A stretch of 64,000 nt of DNA from the human T2T-CHM13v2.0 reference genome, Homo sapiens. The notes under the pieces were generated by a model. It did not search any database. It was not told the DNA's origin and was given only the letters and a program-made list of their open reading frames with translations. The position numbers were made by a program, and so were the translations under genes. The stretch lies in NCBI RefSeq assembly GCF_009914755.1, contig NC_060930.1. One strand, given 5' to 3'. Of the stretch, positions 25,999 through 43,899 are shown in pieces. The number at the start of each line of letters is the position of its first letter. The stretch's first letter is position 1.

Positions 25999-26929
25999 TT
26001 ATGTGCCTAAGTCTCTGTTAAATAATCGCAGTGCTCCTTTCACGTCATTATTCCTCAGTGTGTAGATGAGAGGATTGAGGGTCGGGGTCACAACTGTATA
26101 GAAGAGGGAGATGAACTTCCCATGAGCATGGGCATAAGAACTGTTGGACTGGATGTAGACAGCTGTGATGGTCCCACAGAAGAGGGACACTACTATCAAA
26201 TGGGATCCACATGTCCCCAGGCCTTTGCACCAGGCCTGGACTGACTTGATCCTTATGACCACCTTGGCTATATGTCCATAGGACAGCAGTATTAGCACTA
26301 AGGGCAAGAGGAGCAAGACCAGTGAAGCAACAAAGAGCTGAACCTCATTATCATGGATGTCCACACATGCAAGCTTAATCATGGAGGGTACCTCACGAAG
26401 AAATGTTGGAGCAATCGGTGTCCACAGCGAGGAAGCCAGAGGGTGACAGTGCCCTGGATAAGAGTGTTTCCCACTCCACTCAGCCACGCAACCCCTGCCA
26501 GAGCCTGGCACAGCTGAGGGTTCATTACGGCGGTATAGTGGAGAGGTTTGCAAACTGCAGCATAGCGATCAAAAGCCATTACAGCCAGGAGGACACACTC
26601 AGTGGAGCCCAATGCCAGGGAGATGTAGAGCTGGATGACACAACCCAGGAATGTGATTGTTTTGTCAGGTCCTTTTAGGTTCCACAGCAGCTGGGGGACA
26701 ATACTGGTGGTAAAACAGATATCAACTAAGGAGAGGTGAGTAAGAAAAAATACATGGGTGTCTTGAGTTTAGGGTCTACAGAGCAGATCAGAATAATTAC
26801 TGTATTTCCCACAAGGGTAAGGAGATAGGATATCAAAACAGCCACAAAGAGGATCTTTTCCAGGTGGGGCTGATGAGAGAAACCCACCAGGATGAAGTCT
26901 CCCTTGACACTGCTGTTGGTCATGCCCAT
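25999..26929 (-). pseudogene. OR2G1P: Olfactory receptor family 2 pseudogene with two frameshifts
   Basis: MGMTNSSVKGDFILVGFS...KTPMYFF / (fs ~26745) ...[15 protein letters not shown]...QHFF / (fs ~26396) [10 protein letters not shown]...TCGSHL...PTLNPLIYTLRNNDVKGAL. Acceptor CTGAACAG 4 nt before the ATG. Symbol inferred from recalled cluster order. Confidence 0.85.
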
Positions 26930-29900
26930 CACCCTGTTCAGAACTAGGAGAAACACATTACAAGAATTCAGGGAGGATAATGTGTTGGCCATTGGGCAAA
27001 ATATCAATCTTTAAAAAGTTTTGATTAATCTCTAATCAAAACACTGACTCAGAGATGTTACAGTGACCCATGGAATAAATTTTGATATAGAAATCACAAA
27101 AGAAGACCTTAAAGAAAATACATAATACAGAGAGATACATGAAGGCTATTGTGGAAGCAGTATTTTCCTGACTGATAACTATTAGAAGCTGAGATAAAGT
27201 GTATCACAGAAAAAATAAAGGCAGAAAGAAAGAAAATGTCAAAGGAATAAAGTACATTCAATTAATTTATAACTCAGGACAAATTGTTCAAATTCAGTGA
27301 AAAAACTCAGTAATGGTTAATATATGCAAATAATTAATATAAATAGCATTTCCATTCTTCAATTGTAAATTCTGAGTTGGGCATTTTTTAAGGTTTTTCT
27401 TTATATGAATGGTAGCTCGCTTCTGGAGATTATAGAGGTTATTTTTCCTATAAAATGGCAAACATTTGGCTATTGAAAGTAATAATATTAACATTTATAA
27501 CTTAATGTTTAATTATATGGACACATACTTTCAATGACTTATTTTCTTTAGGGATTCGTTAACTCATTTAGTCCACCAGCATACTGATGACGTAAACTCA
27601 TGCAGTTTATTCAGCAAAGATATTCTTATGCAAGCATTATGCAGCACACCTCATGTTTAGTCATCTAGTTTACCTTCTGGCCTATAAGCTGGATTCATCT
27701 ATGATAGTCCTGATTTGCAAAGTTCTCCTTCTCTTCTTTGGTGTGTGGTGTTAGGGAAGGGAGTTAGCTCTCTGGTCTTGTGTGTTGAATGAAGAGGTAG
27801 TTGAATCTGAATGGAAAGAGTGGTGATCAGGGTAAGAAGGGCTCTTTAGTGAGACTAAGAGGCATCAAACCAACATAGAATGTTTATCTTCTAGAAGATG
27901 AAAAGATCAAAATTTTTAATCAGCTTTTTAAAAGTCCAAACACTTATAAATGCAGAAGTTTAAAATATATTCACAGATACAAAGTATATACCCAAATTTC
28001 ACGACTTTACCTCATATATAGGACAAATAGGCACTTTCCACGTGGCATCAGGAAAAATTACTCCAGCCTAAAATTCTTCCCCTACAATAACTGTATATCC
28101 TGAAATTGCATTAATATTTGTTCTGAAAATTAGTCATTAAAGTAAAATATATAAGGTAATTTTCACTGCTTTTTTAATATTTATTTCACTTATCATCTAA
28201 AAATTGTACTTAGCAGTACTCAATGGAAATGAAAAGAAGTCACAGGAAAAGTCAGAGGAGGCATGGGTACCCCATAAAAGGATGAAGACACTGAGTGATC
28301 CCTCAAAATAGGGGGAGGAGAGCACAATAGTAAAAAGAGAACATGAAAGGACCCTTAAGGAATAAACCAGTTTATAAATATGCTACATGTAATATATTCA
28401 ATATAACGTATACTAAATATATATAGTTCTAATAATTTCACTCACAGTTATACACATACATACCCATAAAAACATACATACATGCGTAAGTCTTCCGATT
28501 CTCTCATTTATGTTAATTCCCACCCATTTAGCTACACTAAATTGTACTCGTTTTACTTGTATCAAAGGAATAAAATAAAGCCAGACACACATCACTCTTG
28601 TTCTAATCTGTTTAATGCAGCCTGCTCATTGTCAATTTACCCATCCCAATCAAAGGAGACTTCTCCTGTATTTTTAACACACACTCACACACAATACCTC
28701 CAAAGAAACGCGATGAGAGATCAATTCACAGTCATGAACCAGCTCCTTATTTGTAGGAATATGTTTGTTTTAGGCTTGTAGAAGAATTTTATTTTACCAT
28801 GATGCAAAATTTAACATGTGCACTATATAATCTCCCCTCACCCAGATGAACATCACTTTAAACCAGTTCGCCATTAAAAGTTAAGAATCATGGGCATGGT
28901 ATAGAAATAAAATCAAAGCATAAAAAGAAATAAATATGTTACAAGAAAAAAAGTTTTCCACATTTTTTTCACACTAATAATCATATTTTAATACAGAAAG
29001 GAAGCTTAAGCCATAGAGTTCAAACCATTATTACCTTCAAGTGACAACTCAGTGTCTAAGGCTCATGTATTGGTTGTCGGGGCTGTTATTTGAGATTGGA
29101 GATCACTGAAGATCAGCAAATCAGGAGACACTGGCAAGGACGCAGGACACTGAATCCAAAAAGATCCCAGGGACACAGTTCTCCCAACATGCAATTAATA
29201 TCAGGCTCTGTAGTATCCAAAGATGAAATGTCCCAGGAGATTATTCTGAAAGAAATAATTTTGACTCTCTGATCTTTCAATATTGTGTAAATCTAGGCAA
29301 AACCACAAAGATATTTAACTTCTGCCCTCATAGCCTCCCAACGTTCAATTTTCTCATTTCTGCTGTTAAGTTTCTATCAAAAATCTAGTATTTTATATAT
29401 GCAAGTACATATAATTAATTTATCCTGTTGACTCATAACTTTAAATTCTCTTCTTAATAACTTTAAATTTTGGGGCACCTTGCCTTTACCTCACCTCTAC
29501 TGAGACAAAAACGGCAGGCCTGCAGCCTTCCAACAGGGCCTTTTCCCTCATATCTAATAGGCACTTGACTGTTGCTGGAGATAAATATATAAATGTTTTG
29601 AACGGCGCCCTTAAACACCCCTGGTCTTTCTCAACTTCCAATGGGCTCTCTTCTGTCCAGAGGTCATTCTGTGTGTATCCTGTTTGTCTCTTGCATCACC
29701 ATAGCAAATGTTCAACAAATTCTTAAATCCTCCAATCCAGTGTCCCACAGCTCTCCAAGCAGGTTATCTTGCCCTGACTTCCAAGACAAAACAGAGGGCC
29801 CAGGGGGAAATTCCATTAACTTCCTGTCTGTCACCTATAAATGTATATACATTCATACTCTTCCTTTATGATTTTTTTTCAGGTCTCAATAGAGGAAGTG

Positions 29901-30247
29901 AACCTCTATTTGTTTAAGGCAAATTCTATAAATATTTTAGGGTCCAAGAAAAATCTAATGCATATTCAAGTACAAGCAGGTGATATGAATGACTGAGTGG
30001 ATAAGGTATAAGAAAAACAATTGTAGAAATGCAATGATAAGTGTCAACAAACATTTAGCTGAGGTCTATATGCAGTAATAAAAGAGTGGTGAACATTTTG
30101 CTGCACATGCCACATCTGAAGAAAACAACAACTGCTGAGCGCTAGTTGACCAATTTTCTATGCATTGAGCCCCAGGATTGCAAAATATTCTGAATTCTCA
30201 ATGGAATCTAGATTTTTATGAAAGCTTTCATTTAAAAAAATAGTTTA

Positions 30248-30381
30248 GTTAGTGGGTGCAGCGCACCAGCATGGCACATGTATACATATGTAACTAACCT
30301 GCACAATGTGCACATGCACCCTAGAACTTAAAGTATAATAAAAAAAAGAAAAAAAGAAAAAAAAATGTTTGCTGAAGGCAA
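30248..30381 (+). mobile_element. Very short young L1 (L1PA2/L1HS-like) 3' end
   Basis: GTTAGTGGGTGCAGCGCACCAGCATGGCACATGTATAC..., poly(A); TSD AAAAAAA(T/A)AGTTTA at 30234-30247 and 30382-30395. Confidence 0.88.
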
Positions 30382-30399
30382 AAAAAAAAAGTTTATATA

Positions 30400-31950
30400 A
30401 AATAGTTCATGAAGGTGCAACTTAATTATTACAAAGTGAACAAATTTTGATCAAGAAAACAATGTAAGAAACATTCTAGAATGACTCTCAATTTCATTTC
30501 CTTATGCTACTTATACCTGCCCCTTGTAACCATTATTATGATTTTTTTGAACTATATATAAACAAAATCATACAGCATTATTTCTTTTGTTTCTGCTTAT
30601 ATTTATTCAATGTTATCTTTGGGAGATTCATTTATGTGGTTGCATATACCAATACAGCACTATATTTTTACTGCATTGTATTTCATTGTATAAATATGCC
30701 ACAACTATTTTATCCTTTGTAGTACTGATAGGCTAGACATTTGGGTGCTTATGATTTTTGTCTTTTGTGAATATTGCTGCTGCAGTCACTTTAGTATATG
30801 TGTTTGGTAAGAAATGTAAGCATTTTGGCAGGGACGATACTGTGGAGAAATTGCTTAGGTTTGAGGTATGCATATATTCAGCTTTGGTAGATACCACCAA
30901 TTCTGGAAGTTGGTTGCACAAACTTAAACTCCACAGTATGGTGAGAATTACAGTTGCTCCAAATCTATACTAACAGTGTTTTCTGTCCTCTTAATTTTAG
31001 CCATTCTGGTGATATATCATGAATATATCATTATGATTTTAATTTGTACTCACCTACTAACTAATGAAGTTGACCAGTTTCTCTTATATTTATAGTCATT
31101 GAGAAATCTTTTGTGTAGTATCCATTCAAGTCCTTGACTTTTTCCAAATTCATTTGTAGGAAATTTTTATATATGCCAGAGGTTTAAAAAATAGAAGGCA
31201 AGTTTCAAATACTATTTTAGTCAAGTATAACTTTGGCAACAAAACAAAATTTTAAAATTGCATGATAGTCCCATGAATTAACATAGATTTGAAAATATTA
31301 CCAATTAATTCAATTATTTAAAATATTCTACACACTGCTGAAAGTAAATTTATTCCAGAAAAAAAATGAAATTCATTTTTTCATTGTGTTAGCAAAATAA
31401 CACAATAAAGAAACAACATTTTATAATCATATCATCAGATAAAAAATCAAGTATTTGATAAGTCTCAAAATATATAAAAATAATAAAAATGACTTAGTAA
31501 GCTATGAAAAGAATGATAGATCCTAATCTGTTAAACAGGATCCGAAAACCCTTTCAGCAAGCATTATGAATATGTTGAAAATTTTCTCTTTGAAATTGAG
31601 GAAAAGACAAGGACACCTTCTATTTCCATTTCCATTCAAACTACTTTGTTGTAGAGACTTTAGCCAGTATAATAGGATAAGACAAGGAACAAGCAAGATT
31701 GCAGTAGAAGAAATAAAATTTCATTATTATATATATGATTATGTATGTAGAAAATTCAAAGTGATTACAACTATTCATAGATGATTCAAAATTGTATAGA
31801 TATTAATTATATCTTTGATCTCTATATTCAGTGCTAACTCAATCAAAATTCAGACTATTTGTAAAATTTTCTAAGATTATTCTAAAATGTATATAGAATA
31901 CCAAGTTGTATATAGAATATCAAGTATCATTAATTCTGAGACACTCTTGA
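30400..31950. mobile_element. Highly diverged L1M fragments in both orientations
   Basis: L1M 3' UTR-like minus segment (TTTTAGCCATTCTGGTG), then plus-strand ORF2-like segment (LKLRKRQGHLL). Confidence 0.55.
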
Positions 31951-31959
31951 AGAAAAAAT

Positions 31960-32510
31960 TGTCAACAAAAAAGAGTCAAACTCCATGAAATATTTAAAGA
32001 GTTTTATTCTGAGCCAAATGTGAGTAATTGACGGCCTGAGGCGCAGTCTCAAGACATCCTGAGAACAAGTGCCCAAGGTGATTGAATTACAACTTGATTT
32101 ACATTTTAGGAGCATGTAAAAAATCAGTCAATACATGTGGGGTCTGTGTTGGTTCAGTCATGAAAGGTGGAACAACTCAAAGTGGGGCCTTCCACATCAA
32201 AGGTAAATTCAAAGATTTTCTTATTGGCAATTGGTTGAAAAACTTGTTACTATTTAAATGCCTAGAATCAATAGAAAGGAGTGTCTGGATTAAAATAAGG
32301 GATTGTAGAGAACAAGGTTCTTATTATGTAGATGAAGTCTCATAAGTGGTCACCCTTACAAGCAATAGATGGGAAATATTTTGTATTCAGACCTTTAAAA
32401 GGTACTGGACTCTCAACTAAACTCTTCAGGATCAGAAAAAGACCTGGAAAGCAAAGGCGATTCGCTACAGAATGTAAATTTCCCCCACCAGAAGCAGCTT
32501 TGCAGGGACA
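31960..32510 (-). mobile_element. MER4-family LTR, 3' portion
   Basis: Reverse of the MER4 end (CATTTGGCTCAGAATAAAACTCTTTAAATATTTCATGGAGTTTGACTCTTTTTTGTTGACA). Confidence 0.8.
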
Positions 32511-32513
32511 TAC

Positions 32514-33605
32514 TCTCCTCCCTTTGGAATTCAGGCATAACTTACCAGCATTATTAACTTTAAAACAGAGATCTTAATTAAGACTGACAAAACAGATTCC
32601 TTATAGCAATAACATACCAAATTGCAACCTGACTCTAGTATAGCATCACATGATAGATAGCCAGTCCTGAAAGAAATCAAAGTATTTTACCCCAAAATAG
32701 ATTTCTTTGACACCTTTTGGAATGCCTTTGAAAAGCTGTTGAAGTGGCATCGTTGTCTGGGGTAAATACCCAGGGTTCATCGTCTTGCACTAAGAAGATT
32801 AAGGACACGGACACATGTGGGTGTGTTAAGGAGCAGAGAGTTTAACAGGCAGAAGAAAGGAGAGAGGCAAGCAGCTCTCTCTCTCTCCCTCGTGAGAAAG
32901 AGGTTTTTGAAAGGGAAACAACTGGCTTGCGGCAGACCACAGCAGATTTTATAGGCAAGCTTGAGGAGGAGCCGGTGTCTGATTTACACAGGGTCACAGA
33001 TTGGTTCTACCAGGTGTGACATTTACATAGCCCGCAGGGAAGTCTGGTTGACCCACCTTAATCTTATGGCCAGCACCATCTTGTCTGCTCCTTATTCTAC
33101 ACGTGGCTGACAAAGAGAAGGGAAGATGGAGCCACCATTTTGATCATGCTTAATCCCAGGTAGCCTTTTTCTATTAGCACAACTGCCAGCATTGATCAAT
33201 GCAAACTTCCTGTTTGCTTGTCTATGTCTGCAGCTAGATTCTATACAGGCTGCTCTTTGTTAGAAAAAATGATTTGGGGGCTGCTTTTTATTAAAAGGAA
33301 AACCTTACCCAGGAAGGATTTCCTTACCCTCACTATCTGCCTAAATAATTTGTTTATAACACCTATATTATTGTTTCTTGTGGGGAAAATCTACATTCTG
33401 TATAGAATTCGCTACCCTTTCCAGGTCTTTTCCAGATCCAGGAGAGATTTAACTAATAGTCTGACACTTTTTAAGATCTCATAAGAGACATTTACTACTT
33501 AATTTTTTCTGAAGCCTGCCACCTGAAGACTTTATTTACATAACAAGAACCTTGGCTTCCACAACTCCCCCTATCTTAAACCCAAGCATTTCTGCTGACT
33601 TCGAC
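32514..33605 (+). mobile_element. MER4D/E-like LTR middle portion, interrupted by an LTR9-like element
   Basis: CTCCTCCCTTTGGAATTCAGGCA...GAAAAGCTG[insert]TTTCTTGTGGGGAAAATCTACATTCTG...CTGCTGACTTC. Confidence 0.75.
32740..33370 (-). mobile_element. Solo ERV1 LTR, LTR9-like
   Basis: Minus strand reads AAATTATTTAGGCAGATAGTGAGGGTAAG ... TTACCCCAGACAACGATGCCACTTCA; 4-bp TSD CTGT/TTGT. Confidence 0.7.
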
Positions 33606-35583
33606 TTTTTTTTTTCTAATAAAAACTTTATTTTAGGTTCAGGGGTACGTGTGAAGGTTTGTTACAGAAGGGAAACTGTGTCACAGGGGTTTGTTGTACA
33701 GATTATTTCATCACCCATGTATTATGCTCAGTATCCAATAGTTATCTTTTTCCCCTCCTACCCCTTCTCCCACCTTCCACCCTCAAGAAAATCTGTTTCT
33801 GTTTTTTCCTTCTTTGTGTTTATGAGTTCTCATAATTTAGCTCCCACTTATAAGTGAGAACATGTGGTATTTATTTATTTGTTCCTGCATTAGTTAGCTA
33901 AGGATAATGGCCTCTAGCTCCATCCATGCTCCCACAAAATACATGATCTTTTTTTTATAGCTGTATATACCACATTTTTAAAATCTAATTTGTCATTGGT
34001 AGGCATTTAGGTTGATTCCATGTCTTGCTTTTCTGGATAGTGCTGTGATGAACATTTACCTGCACATATGCTGTATCCTTTTTTTTTTTTTTTTGAGACA
34101 GGATGTCACTCTCTCGCCCAGGCTGCGGCGCAGTGGCACAATCATGGCTCACTGCAGTCTTGACCTCCCCAGTCTCGGGTGATCCTCCCATCTCAGCTTC
34201 CCTGGTAGCTGGGACCACAGGCATGCACCACCACACCCGGCTAATTTTTGTATTTTTGGTAGAAATGCGGTTTGGCCATGTTGCCCACGCTGGTCTCAAA
34301 GTGCTTGGATTATAGCTGAGAGCTGCCGCACCTGGCCACATGTGTCTTTACAGTAAAATGATTTCTATTCTTCTGGGTGTATACCCAGTAATGGGATTGC
34401 TGGGTTGAATGGTAGTTTTGCTTTTAGCTCTTTGAGGAATAGCCATACTGTTTTCCACATTGGCTTAACCAATTTATACTCCCATCAACAGCGTATAAGT
34501 GTTCCCTTTTCTCTGCAACCTTGCCAGCATCTGTTATTTTTTTACGTTTTAATAATAGCCATTCTGACTGGTGTGAGATGGTATCTCATTCTGGATTTGA
34601 TTTGCATTTCTCTGATGACCAGTGATATTGAGCTTTTTTTTTTTTCATATGCTTACTGGCCACATGTATGTGTTCTTTGGAAAAGTGTCTGTTCATGTCC
34701 TTTGCCCACTTTTTAATGGGGTTGTTTGTTTTTCTCTCATAAATTTGTTTAAGTTCCTCATAGAAGCTGGATATTAGCTAGTTATCCCAGCATGTTTGAT
34801 GGAATAGGGAGTCTTTTCCCCTTTGTTTTTGTCAGTTTTGTTGAAGATCAACTGGTCATAGGTGTGCATTCTTATTTCTGGGCTCTCTATTCTGTTCCAT
34901 TGGTCTATGTACCTGTTTTTGTACCAGTACAATGCTGTTTGGTTACCATAGTTCTGTAGTGTAGTTTAAAGTTGGGTGATGCCTCTAGCTTTGTTCTTTT
35001 TGCTTTGGATTGCCTTTGCTATTCGGGCTTTGTTTTTGTTCCATATGAAATTTAAAATAGATTTTCCTAGTTCTGCAAAGAATGTTGTTGGTATTTTGAT
35101 AGGAATATCATTGAATATGTAAATTGCTTTGGGCAGTATGGCCATTTTAATAATATTGATTCTTCCTATCCACGAGCATGGGATGTTATTCCATTTGTTT
35201 GTGTCTTCTCTGATTTCTTTAAGCACGGATCTGATTTCTTTGTAATTCTCATTGTAGAGATCTTTCACCTACCTGGTTAGCTGTACCCCTAAGTATTCTA
35301 TCCTTTCTGTGGCAATTGTAATTCCCAAATTAGAAAAGGATTGCCTTTCTAATTTGGCTCTTGGCTTGGCTGTTGGTGTATAGTAATGCTAGTGATTTTT
35401 GTATATGGATTTGTATTCTGAAACTTTGCTGAAGTTGTGTATCAGCTGAAGGAGCTTTTATGCTGAGGCAATGGGGTTTTCTAGATATAGTATCATGTGG
35501 TCTGCAAACAGATAGTTTGCCTTTCTTTCTTCCTATTTACATGCCATTTTTTTCTTTCTCTTGCCTGATTACTCTGGTTAGGA
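33606..35583 (-). mobile_element. Older primate L1 (L1PB/late L1PA) 3' fragment
   Basis: ORF2 remnants ([22 protein letters not shown]) and T-tail at 33606. Confidence 0.88.
34078..34338 (-). mobile_element. AluJ-like element within the L1
   Basis: Reverse Alu with a short internal deletion. Confidence 0.9.
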
Positions 35584-35591
35584 GCAATTCC

Positions 35592-41308
<5,717 letters not shown>

Positions 41309-42230
41309 GAATTTGTTAATTCTTAATAAAAATGATACACATTTCTCATGTGCTCACATGATCACAGCTGTACTGTTAATATAATATGTAGCTGAATGAG
41401 AAAATAGTTAATTGAAAAAGTGATTATGATGTGAATAATGCTTTTTAGTAATTTCTTTGTCAATTAAATATTTTTCAGTTTTTATTGTTAATTAAGAAAT
41501 TGATACACAACTATTGTACATGTTTCTGAGGTGCTTGTGATATTTTGATAAATCTCTATGATAACAATAATTTATTGTTTATTTCAAAATAGCTAGAAGA
41601 AAGACTTAGCATGTTCCCGACACAAATAAATGCTATATTTCTTTTTTCCCCCACTAAATATTATGTTTAATGTTTTACTGGTTCATGTAAAAATGTATTT
41701 ATTTTCACTTCTGACTTGAACATGAGTTGCTTTCAAAGTTACGTTATCTCTGTTACCATAATTATTATTGGACACATTAATAGTTTAGTTTTATGATTAC
41801 TCTTTTATCATCTGTGTATTCAGAGATCAGTTTACCCTACTTTTGAGATAAGAATAAATGGAAAACATGAATCCTACAAACTGGTTATGACAATCAATGG
41901 TAGCAGTACATTTTAAAGAAATATCACTGACCCCAAAAATCCATCAGAGACTATTTCGAGCACCTCTATGCACAAAAACTAGAAAACCTAAAAGAAATGG
42001 CTGAATTCCTAGAAACACACTACCTTTCAAGATTCAACCAAGAAGAAAGTAAAACCCTGAACAGACCAATAATGAGTTCTGAAATTGAATCAGTAATTTA
42101 AAAACTTACAAATCAGAAAAAGCCCTGTACCAGGCAAATTCACAGCTGAATTCCACTAGACATATAAAGAAGTGCTGGTACCAATTCTACTGAAACTATT
42201 CCAAAAAATAGAGGAGAAGTTACTCCTCCA

Positions 42231-42669
42231 TGTTATACATGTCCATGTGAAGAGACCACCAAACAGGCTTTGTGTGAGCAATAAAGCTTTTAATCACCTG
42301 GGTGCAGGCAGACTGAATCCGAAAAAGGAGTCAGCAAAGGGAGATGGGGTGGGGCAGTTTTCTAGGATTTGTGTAGGTAGTGGAAAATTACTGTTAAAGG
42401 GGGTTGTTCTCTTGCAGGCAGGGGCAGGGGTCACAAGGTGCTCAGTGGGGAGCTCCTGAGATTCACTGTCCAGGAGAAGGAGTGTCACAAGGTCAATGCT
42501 CAGTTAGGGTGGGACTGGAACAAATCACAGTGGTGGAATGTCATCAATTAAGGCAGGAACTGGCTATTTTCACTTCTTTTATGGTTCTTCAGTTGCTTCA
42601 GGCCATCTGGATGTATATGTGCAGGTCACAGGGGATATGATGGCTTAGCTTGGGCTCAGAGGCCTGACA
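42231..42669 (-). repeat. 3' LTR7
   Basis: Minus strand TGTCAGGCCTCTGAGCCCAAGCTAAGCCATCATATCCCCTGTGACCTGC...ATAACA. Confidence 0.95.
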
Positions 42670-42833
42670 TTACTGTCTTCTTATATTAATAAGAAAAACA
42701 AAACAAAATAGTGGTGATGTGTTGGGGGCAGCAAAAATTTTGGGGGGGGTGGTATGGAGAGATAATGGGCAATGTTTCTCAGGGCTGCTTCAGGCAGGAT
42801 TAGGGGTGGCATGGGAACCTAGAGTGGGAGAGA

Positions 42834-43700
42834 TTAAATTGAAGAAACATTTTGTGGTAAGGGGTGATATCGTGGGGTTGTTGGAAGGAGCATTTGTTGT
42901 ATAGAATGATTGGTGATGGCCTGGATGCAGTTTTGTATGAACTGAGAAACTAAATGGAAGACACTAGGTCTGAATAAGAGAAGGAGAAAAACAGGTATTA
43001 AAGGGCTAAGAATTTGGAGGACCCAGGACATCCAATTAGAGAGTGAGTGCCCAAGGGGGTTCAGTGTAATTATTTGCTTGGTTGGTGAGTTTTTGGGCTC
43101 TATCCATGAGTTTTTTTAGGTTGTCGTATACCAGGCCAGATTGATTTAGGTAAAAACAATACTCTTCATTTAAAAATATAGAGTCTCCCTTTTTCAGCAG
43201 TGAGTAAGTCAAGGCCTCATGGTTTTGGAGGACAACCGCAACTGAAGAGTCAACCTGCGCCTGAAGGACTGATAAAGATTGTGATATGTCTGCAATGCTA
43301 GCAGAGAAGTCATTAGAGAGGCTACAGAAGGTTGTGGCAGAGGTTGAATTGCCTGCTATTCCAGTTCCAAGAGCAATAGTGGAGGCAGAAAATATTGGAG
43401 TGTGCCCTGCCAGCAAAGATCATCTATCCACTCCAAGAGGGAGTCGAGAGTGGCAGTTTGGGGATAGCACCATGAGATATCAGCTGTGATGGTTTGGAGG
43501 AAAAGTGGAAACTGGCAGTGTAAACAAGAGCAGGGCATTTATGAGTAGGTGAGAATGGTGAATTGGAAAATAGCAGGGATGAAAAAGCTTGTGAGTTGCA
43601 GTCCAAGAAGTGGGGGCGGGTGTGACTGCATAAAACCCTGTTGTAGAGAGTAAGGCAAGGAAGAACAGACCTAATAAAAATGAAAGGATGTGTTAGGCTT
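42834..43700 (-). pseudogene. env: HERV-H env remnant (mostly TM)
   Basis: Fusion peptide IALGTGIAG, ISD-like LQNHEAL, EEYCFYLNQSG, membrane anchor LIPVFLLLLF; frameshifted. Confidence 0.85.
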
Positions 43701-43899
43701 ATAAGGGTTATTACTGTTCTTTAGAAATGCGAATGAGTTTTAAGGGAAGTAGGGGAGAGTACTCGCAACTTCCAGGAGGAAGAGGAGAGATCTGGCTGGC
43801 TGTCCAATGGACACAGCTTTATTCTGTAATGGTGAACTCAATGGGGAGATTCCTGTAGATGGACGGAAGTTGGGGTGCTATAGATGACTAGGTAGGGTC

